From NCBI GenBank assembly GCA_033442325.1, contig JAWQFM010000001.1, positions 1,066,215 to 1,129,261 of the forward strand: a stretch of 63,047 bases of DNA, read 5' to 3'. Positions 41,294 through 63,047 of this stretch are shown piece by piece. The notes under the pieces were generated by a model. It was not told where the DNA came from. It worked only from the letters and a program-made list of their open reading frames with translations, and made no database searches. Position 1 is the first letter of the stretch, and each line of letters begins with the position of its first letter. The translations under genes and the position numbers were made by a program. The DNA comes from Salpingoeca rosetta. Its lineage: Eukaryota; Protista; Choanoflagellata.

Positions 41294-43675
41294 ATGACCT
41301 CGCCAACTCAAGACGACGACAACTCCAACATGCAGCGTGCTGGCGCAAGGAAGGAGAAGGTGGAGGAGGAGGAGGAGGAGGAGGAGGAGGAGCGTCGCAG
41401 CGAAGAGGATGTGGTTGGACACGTGAAAGCGCTGCTCCAGCGCTGCGACCTGCCAGGCGTGACCGCGCTGTTGAATGAAACTATTCAGTTTGCATTTGGA
41501 ACAGACGAGTGAGTGGGATGCTGCGCATTTGGGGGTTTGAACAGTTGAGGGGGAGCAGGGAGGAGATGTGCGTGGTTGTGCATGTGCATGTGCATGTGTA
41601 TGTGCATGTGTATGTGCATGTGTATGTGCATGTGTATGTGCATCTGTGTGTGCGTGTGCGTGTATGCGCGTGTGCGTGTGTGTGTGTGTTTATGTCTACG
41701 TGTGCGTGTGTGTGTGTGTGTGTGTGCGTGTGTCTGCGCGCGTGTGTGCGTGTGTGTATTTATGTGTGTATGTGTTGTGCGGAGGGCTTCACTTCCTACC
41801 CGCTGACGGAAAAGCGTTTCTGTTTGTTCTTGTCGTGTTGGCTCACTGGGGATGGCGCTGTCACATGCAGGGTGACACAGGACACGGCACTGCACCTCAA
41901 TGGGCATATTTCTTCTTCACAACAAGCACAGCTGGAGAGCATAGCACACGGCGTCATGGAATTGGTGTGAAGCAGATGAGGGCAACCCTGTCGCTCACGC
42001 ATTTGCGTGAAGATGTGTTGGTGTGAGTGTAGATGTGTGGGCGTGGGTGTGTGTTCTGGACATGTGAGCGTGGATGTGGGCATAGATGCGGGCATGGCTG
42101 TGGGTGGTTGCTGCATGTGCTTCACTGTCTGTGCTTCAAGGATTGCTGACACTCCTCCCCTCCTCTTCCTCCTCTTCCGGTTTTGCCTTTCTCTCTCTCC
42201 CCCCCCCCACGCTGCTGTGCTTCAGGGGATGAACGTGCTGCCGATGATCAGTATCGGGGCTGCGCCAGGCGACCTTTGCCCTCATGCCGAGGTGACCGAT
42301 CTGGCCAACGGCAATCAACTTACACTGGACGCTGTCATCGGCTCCAAGGTACTCGTGGCATGTGTGCCTGCGTGTGTGTCAGTGCGTGTGAATGTTTCAG
42401 TGTGCGTGTGGGTGTGTCATTGTGTGTGCATGGGTTTGAGAGTTTGATAACAAATTCACGTCGTGCCAGCTGCTTCCGTGTGTCGATATGGTCTGCACTT
42501 GTTCTCACACAACATGCATTTTCAATGGCTTTCACTTCAGGTTGCGCTATTGGATGTCTGGGCCACTTGGTGCGAGCCAAGCCTCGAGGTATGTAGATGG
42601 GTGTGGATGTGCTGAATGAAATGTGTGTGTGTGTGTGCTGAAATGTGTGTGTGTGCTGAAATGTGTGTGTGTGTGTGTGTGATGATGCAATGTACGTGTA
42701 TGTACGAGGCAGGGTCGAGCGAAAGGTGGTGGGCGTTTTCTTCCCATTGTCACGCGAGTCTCCCCGTGCTGCTGTCTGTGGGTTTAGGCATTGGGGGAGT
42801 ACGACAAGCTGTTGAGTGAGCACGAGAGCTGGGAAGACAGCGTGTGCATCGCAACTGCGAGTTTGGACGACACACCGTCGGAGGCGACCGCCACCATTGC
42901 AAAGGTGCCGTGCAGTGGTGGTGCACTTTGGCTGAGCGTGCGCTGCTGCGCTGTGTACAGTGGGGAAAGGTTTCACAGTCATCCCTCGACACCTCACACC
43001 TTCCACCTTTTCCCATCCCTCGTTGCCGTCCGCACTGCATCTGCGCAGATGGCATGCGAGCGACCGCGACATCTCTGGCTCGGCCGCGAAGCGTGCGACA
43101 CCTACCTCAGCCTCAGCTGTGCGTGTACTGCGTGTGTGCACGTGCGTGTGTGCGTGCACTGCGAGCTGATGTTTTGTCTGCTTTCGGCTTTGCAGCATGC
43201 TCACATCACACACACACACGTGCACACCCCCCGCCCCAAAACACACGCACACACATGCATGCACGCCAACCTCTCCTCCTCTGCCTCCTCCTCGTCTTTC
43301 TTTGCCACCACCACCACCACCACCCCTGTGCACGTGTTGGCCTTGTGACAGCGCTGCCTGCATGGTTTCTTTTCAAGGAGGGTCGCATTGTGTGGCGTGG
43401 GCACCCGGCCAGCATCGACCTGGACGCGTCCATCACATCGCTCCTCTCTGGCGGAGACGTGGTGGAGGTGGAGAGCGATGAAGCGCGCATTGGCGACGTC
43501 GAAGGACTGCCAAATGTGGAGAATCTGTCCGATGAGGACATGCTCGAGTTCTGCCAGGCCCTGCAGGTTAATTCTTGCTTGTGTGTGTGTGTGTGTGTGG
43601 TTGTGCTGTTTGTCTGGTTGTGTTTTGTGTATATGGGTGTGTGGAATGCGTGTATGCATGTACATGTGGGTTTTG

Positions 43676-43709
<34 letters not shown>

Positions 43710-44243
43710 CTTTGTGTACCTTCCTCTCATGTTGCTTTCCGTCCTCGCTCACCACACCACTGCTCTCTGCGTTCGTGCTGTCGTCCAATAGGAAAAAACG
43801 GCCGCGCTGTCGCTGCCAGAGGACAGCGTCTCCTGCTGCGTTGAAAACTCCATCGTCATCTCCTCAACAGGTACATGCAGTGTGTGTGTGTGTGTCTGTC
43901 TGTGTGTGTGTGTGTGTCTGTGTGTGTGCGTATAGCCCTCGCAGTGTGCCCTTGCATGCGGCTCATGTGTTTTTGCGTTGTGACTGCAATTACAGACACG
44001 AAGAAGACGCGACGCGTCATCCTGACGGGACCAAAGCAGTTTGTACGTTGTGTGTGTGTGTGTGTGTGTGTGTGCGCACAGATGGTGTTCTTCCAGACCG
44101 TATCTTCGTTCCACTGACTTGAGTGCACACTTCTCATCCCACTGCTTGCACCACCACTTTTTCAGGAGCCTGCGTGCGCTGACCTGGCCACCTTCATTCG
44201 CAGCAAGATTGCAGGCAACGTCCTCATCTCCTTTGCAGACTAG
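41294..44243 (+). CDS. TlpA/redoxin-type thioredoxin-fold protein with a CxxS active site
   Basis: Exons give [13 protein letters not shown]...GSK|[16 protein letters not shown]|...IATASLDD...|[19 protein letters not shown]; stop at 44241-44243. Confidence 0.8.
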
Positions 44244-44424
44244 TGCCATGCATGTGTGTGTGTGTGTGCGTTGAAGTCTGATGACAGTGCCAATGCGCAT
44301 GTGGGTGTTGATTGACACATGACGGACATGGTGAGAGGCAAAACGAACAACGCAACACAAACGACGCAAAGCAGCAACAAGGAGGGGAAAAAAAGCGGAC
44401 ACAGCATTCATCCACGCAACAACG

Positions 44425-44986
44425 ATGATGAGCCAGCACAACAACAAGGATGATGAGCGTGAGGCTGTGGTGGACCAGGAAGCGGGCATAGGAGTGACTG
44501 CCCTCGTGGATGTCTTGTGCACGCCCGTGCAGGAGGAAAAGAGAAGGAAGAAGAAGACGAAGAAGAAGGGGAACAGCAAGCAAAGTGGGAGGAGAGGAAG
44601 GAGAGGAGGGCGAGGAGGAGGAGGAGGAGGAGGAGGAGGAGGAGACCAACGTGACGACGACGATGATGACGGCAGTGATGGTGATGAAAATGAAGGCGAG
44701 CAACCTGCTTCTGCTGGCAACGACCACGCATCTCTATCTAAGGACGTTGCTCTTCGACGGTTGAAGACGCTGTGCAAGAGGTCACCTCAGGCCATCGATG
44801 AAGCGCACGCACGGCTGAAGCTGTATCTCGAGGAAACAAGTCCAGTCGTGCGTGCAAGCGCCATGGACATCATCAACACGCTCTTCATGCGCTCTGCACA
44901 GTTTCGAAGCCTTACCTTGCCCCATCTCCGCCGCATCCTTGATCAGACCATCACATGCTGTCCTTCGAAGAAGTCGTGAGTGTACA

Positions 44987-45058
<72 letters not shown>

Positions 45059-46241
45059 CGTTTGCGTGCGCGTGTATGTGTATGTGTATGTGTACGCGCG
45101 CGTATCGGGCGTGTGTGTTGAATATGAATGCATGCATGTGTAGGTGTGCATACATTCGTGTGCGCAGGCGTGCGCTTGTGAGTTGGCTGTGACCAGCTGC
45201 AGCTTCAATGGCGCTTGCGTGTGCATTCAGGAACGAGACTGCCCTCCCTGCAAATTACAAGCATGTTCGCTCACACACCAAACCACATCCTTGTAGGTCG
45301 CGCGAGCAGCGGGAACTACGCACCGCGGCGCTTCGCATCTTCAAAGGGTGGCTCGACCGGTTCCAGGAAAAGTTCACCCAGCTGCGGTTTGCTGCAACCT
45401 ACCTCGAGCACACGTGCAACATCAAGCTGGACCAGATTGAGGCTGAGCCCTTTCGTCAGGCACAGCAACAACAGCAGCAGCAGCAACAGCATGACACAGG
45501 GTACGCGCGCGTTCGCCCGGAATGCCAACTCGGACACGCGAACGCGTGGATGCCGTGTGAATGCTTGCTGAGCAACTCGTGTGCTGCACGTCGTTATTCC
45601 ACACTCACACCCACATGCTCACACACACACCCACACAACCCCACAATCGTTGTCACATCATTCGCTGTCTCACGGTCGTCGTCACTTCATCACACTCATG
45701 CCTTGCAGCGCTGCAGCTTCTGAAGCCGACATGCGCAGCCGTCAGCTGCAGGAGCTACAGGCGACCATCACAGGTGTGCGTCCACGTGCAGGCGCGGAGG
45801 TGAGGTCGTGGTGTTGTTGGCTTTCACCTCCATCTCAACTCGTTCGTGTACTGTGAACCTTGATCTAAACTGTCGCAACCAGAGAGCCTGCCCCAGGTGG
45901 AGGACGCCGTGACCCAGCTTGAAAACTCCCTCAGCCTGTTGAAACAAGGTGCCGTGCATGTGTGTGTGAGCGTGTGTGCGCGCGCGTGTGTGTGAGCGTG
46001 TGCGCGTGCGAGTGAGCGTGTGCGTACTTGGTTACAACTTGTTTGCTCTGTTTGTGTCAGCGTGTGTGCGTCACCGCTTCAAGCATCGTCCTTACACTGT
46101 GACGTGGACCTTGTACGGTTTTGTCAGTGACGCGTGTTCGTGAGGAGGAGCACAAGAAGCAGCAACGACAACAGCAGCATGAACGCCTGGCAAAGCAGCG
46201 GCAAGCCGCCAGTGCGTCCAAGACTCCACTCGACATCTTCA

Positions 46242-46284
<43 letters not shown>

Positions 46285-46327
46285 CGACGACATGGCTCAC
46301 GTGTCTGCTATGGATCTTATTGGTGAT

Positions 46328-46358
<31 letters not shown>

Positions 46359-46780
46359 GTGATGATGATGGCAGAATACGGCATACTGGGACAAGCTCAT
46401 TGGGCGCTGGGGGTGGAGACGGGCTGTCGTTTTCGCGTCACATGGCAGCGCAGCGATCTGCTCTGGGCAGTGAGTCTGCAGACGAGTGGGTGCGATTGGC
46501 ACGGTCTGGCGCCGGCACATCGGCCACATACGGCACAGAAGAAGCAATTGTGGTGGAGCGCACAAGCGACACGAGCGCCGTTGTTGATGCAGTTGAGGAG
46601 CAGGGCAAGCTGCTCCTGGTGCGAGACTTGCCGCACGTGCGCAGCTTGCTTGCCTCCGCCCTCCGAGTACGTACACACATGTGCTCTTGACATGTTTTCC
46701 ATCGTCCAGTGCCCGGCCGTTGCGTGATGACCCAATATTCCATTCATGTGCACCAACATTCATGGACGCAATCCCGAGAG

Positions 46781-46849
<69 letters not shown>

Positions 46850-48838
46850 GCACGCACGCACGCACACACACATACACATCTGCGTATGCGTGCATGCTTC
46901 ACAAGAGCTACTGCTCACCTGAGGTTATCACTGTCTCTTTCTCTTCCTGTTTGACCACAGTTGAATGCGCCGAACGACGTGACGCTGCCGCTGCTCGCCC
47001 TCAAGAAGCGCTTGGAGGAGACGCGTGCCCGCTTTGCCGCGTTTCGATTCGTGGTGAGGCGCCCTGTGCACTACCCGCAGAGCATGTGCATGTGAAGAAG
47101 AGAGGGAGAACATTGCGTGGAGCCGAGGGACTTCAAGAGGATCAAGGGATATTAGCAAGCACACACACACACAAGCGCATGACTTTGGTGTGCTTCACTG
47201 ACCTGTCCGTTCTTCCTACGTGCTTTCGTTGCGATATCCAGAACTCGAAAGAACACGATGCTGCGTCAGCGTCATCAACGGCTCCAGCCGCTCAACCATC
47301 GCCATCAAGTGGCAAGCACGAGCCCGCAACAGCAGCAACAGCAACGACTGCAGCAACAACATCAACAGCAACAACTGCAGCAAGCACAGTAGCGACATCA
47401 AGGGCACAAACAACAGCAACAGCGTCACCTGCAAATGCAGCAAATGCAGCAAATGCAGCAAAGGCAGCAAAGGCAGCAAAGGCAGCAGCGTCGCCACCGT
47501 CGCCTTCATCGTCGCCTTCATCGTCGCTGCCTCGCAAGGTGTACAAGCCGCGCATCACATCGAAAGCGAATGAAACGAGCGCAAAGCAGACGCCCGCGTC
47601 CCCGCTGCGGCAGCGGACGTCGCATCGGCAGAAGCGTCTCAGTCACGTTGTGGGCAGCACCGTGACGCCAACCGCGAATGCCTTTCGTCAGGGCGACCGA
47701 CCAACGCCTCAACCGGACGCATCAGCCTCAGCAGCACGCGTTGGTAATCAGACCAGTGTGAGTCGAGCGCCAAGGAAGCAACAACCTTCTCTTTCTGCCT
47801 CTTTTCCCTCCCGGTCTTCTTCTTCATCCGCGTCTGCTTCTGCGACACGGCAAGCAACAACAACAGCAACAGCAACAGCAACAGCAACAACAACAGCAAC
47901 AGCAAGAGCAAGAGCAACGGCAGCAACAGCCTCCTCGTCCTCCTCCTCCTCGTCCTCCTCCTCCTCATCATCATCAGCGCGTGCAGCCGTGGTCCCAAGG
48001 CGAAGGTCTCGACGCAAGGAGGATGATGATAAGGACAGCACCGACGATGCCGTGTTCATGCTAAATATGGCTGGTAAGTTGGCGGTGAAAACATGCCAGT
48101 TGCCTCTGCTTCCTTCCCTGGCGTTTGTCGACAATTGTTGTTGAGCGAATCTTGTGGTGCTCCTTCACGCGCTCATGCGAAACGACTTCAATGTGTGGCC
48201 TGTGTTTGTTTGCCAGCTGCACAAAATCTGCATCGGGTGTGGGGCTCTGGCGGCGATTCGGTATGAGCGCTTTGTGAACGCAATTGGCAGGACATGTTGT
48301 GCAACGTGCGCAACGGAGCAGGGATTTGGTCGTGATTGTGCTGAGTGATGGGTTGAAGAGCTCTTCTTGAGAGCGTGTGTGTGTGTGTGTGTGTTCTCAC
48401 ATGTACTCAACACCCTGTTGCCTCTTCGATGGATTCAAACAGGAAATCAACATCAACGTGTCGCGTCTCATCTGTCGCGATGAGCGCGATCGCATCGCCG
48501 CTCCCACAGTACGAGTACACATGTGCACGCACCAGTGAGCCACCGTGTTTGAATTTACTTTCAATAGACCTGGGTTGCCTTGTGCTCTTGTGTTCTGTTC
48601 ACAAATACACGCGCACACACACACACACACACACTGTCATCTGTAGCCGGTATATGAGACGTGTGGCGCTCCGTTGCCGGGACAAACGGATGACGAGGGA
48701 AACCCTGTCCTTTGTCAGATCAAAGTCAAGGTAAGTAATGGCCACACCTGGTCTGGAACATATTTGTTAGGTGTGCTCACACGCACTCACATACTCACTC
48801 GCACAAGCAAATATAAACACGCTCGCACAAGCAAATAT

Positions 48839-48930
<92 letters not shown>

Positions 48931-49494
48931 CACGTTCCCAATGGTCAGGTGCGCTGCCCGCTGCATGGGCCTCTTGTGCCGCGTGATCCTAAAACGGGCA
49001 AGAAGGTTAGATACCAATCATCCAACCATCAGCCACGACATGTGTTGCTCATGGCATGTTCGTTTCAGCACGGACACGCAGCTGTCTGTGCATGCATGCC
49101 CTTCGCACTCACGGATATGTGAACAACTTTTGTGTCGATGCGATGTTGTTTGCTGCGCAGATTTCTGGGGATGGCAAGCGCGCTCGGGCAACGTCCTCGT
49201 CGCAGTCGCGGAAAAAGGCAAAATCGGTTCGTGTCATGTCCGACACATGAATGCCTGCAAGCAAAAAACAAAGACCATGAACTTCACACGACACCCACAC
49301 AGACACCCACACAAACACACACAGACACACACACACACACACACACACAGACACACACACACACACAGACACAGACACACACACACACAGACACACGCAC
49401 GCGCGCGTTCCTCACAATTACCTTATGGCAATGCTGCTCTGCATCACAACCCATTGTGCAGGGGCGGCTTTTGAAATTGCTGTCGAAGCAGTGA
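44425..49494 (+). CDS. UVSSA: UV-stimulated scaffold protein A (transcription-coupled NER)
   Basis: VHS-like N-terminus LKTLCKRS...RASAMDIINTLFMRSAQFR and GWLDRF...LRFAATYL. C-terminal Zn finger CGAPLP...LC...|RCPLHGPLVPRD. Some middle exons and the final exon are approximate. Confidence 0.82.
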
Positions 49495-49727
49495 CGGTCT
49501 AGCGGTTTGTGTTGTGGTGTCACACAGCATGCAGCACCATGACAGCACTCATCAATGCGTCCGATCGTGTATTGGGTTCGTATAGCCACTGCAACGTGCC
49601 TATTACACATTCATTTGAACTTACTGTTGAACATACACACGTGAGCCATGTACAGAGTCAAGGTAGTTGGCATGTAGAAATGAAACACACGAGTGGCGCT
49701 GTCGCCTTTTTGTATCCGCAACATCCA

Positions 49728-62382
<12,655 letters not shown>

Positions 62383-62483
62383 GTCAGCGCTGTTGTTGTC
62401 GTTGTGCTGCTTTGTTCTTCGGTTGTGGTTTTCGTGTTGGACGTCGCACAAGTGGAACTGCTTTGCGGTGAGTGGTGGTGACG

Positions 62484-62651
62484 ATGATGGAGGATGCTGT
62501 GGCTGTGGAGCGTGTGCCGCTGTCGGTGACGGTGGTGGAGTATGAACAAGGCGATGTGGTTGGGCTGGTGCTTGCTGTGGCCAGCTTGCTGCCTCTCTTC
62601 ATCGGCTTTTCCTTTGGTGTCTTGATCCTCGTCCGCCGCGACCTTCACACG
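62484..62651 (+). CDS. DOLPP1: Dolichyldiphosphatase 1 (PAP2 family), first exon; the gene continues beyond the window
   Basis: PLSVTVVEYEQGDVVGLVLAVASLLPLFIGFSFGVLILVRRDLHT followed by a GT donor matches the DOLPP1/CAX4 N-terminus. Confidence 0.8.
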
Positions 62652-62977
62652 GTATGGTGTGTGTGTTTGGTGTGTGTCTGTGTCTGTGCGTGTGTGTGCG
62701 TGTGTTGTGTGTGTCTGTGCGTGTGTGTGTCTGTGCGTGTGTCTGTGCGTGTGTCTGTGCGTGTGTTGTGTGTGTGTGTGTGTGTGTCTGTGCGTGTGTT
62801 GTGTGTGTGTGTGTGTTGTGGCTGTGTGTGTGTGTGTGTGTTGTGTCTGTATGTGATGGGAACGTATGATCGCAGTATCTCTGCTTCTCTCCCTCTCCGT
62901 GCGCGTCTTCCGTAGCTATGTTACTTTGTGTGTGTGCAGCTACGTGAATCCGCATACGCTCCTTGGCATAGTTCGTA

Positions 62978-63043
<66 letters not shown>

Positions 63044-63047
63044 GTCT

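Overview
Eukaryotic, intron-rich genomic DNA saturated with (CA/GT)n microsatellites. Gene content and style suggest a choanoflagellate such as Salpingoeca (inference). Most ORF-track entries are microsatellite artefacts; real genes appear only after manual splicing. I read 15 protein-coding genes: KLHDC2-like kelch E3 adaptor (+), acidic-tail hypothetical (-), N-acetylneuraminate lyase/DapA-family aldolase (-), a 4TM/2-pore K+-channel-like protein with both selectivity filters degenerate (+), organellar-type DEAD-box helicase (-), a very divergent tubulin-like protein (+), a PARP catalytic domain between long disordered regions (+), ERG2/sigma-1 sterol isomerase (-), kinesin-2 KIF3B (+, P-loop exon apparently lost in an N gap), a Cys-rich single-pass receptor-like protein (+), C1D (-), a CxxS TlpA-like redoxin (+), UVSSA (+), REV3 (-) and the 5' end of DOLPP1 (+). 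The two most novel items, neither recognisable from the ORF track, are the filter-less TPK/K2P-like channel (9691-13661) and the eroded tubulin-like gene (19135-21251). I recognised no RNA genes, CRISPR arrays or mobile elements. All homology calls are by eye against remembered family motifs; no searches were run.
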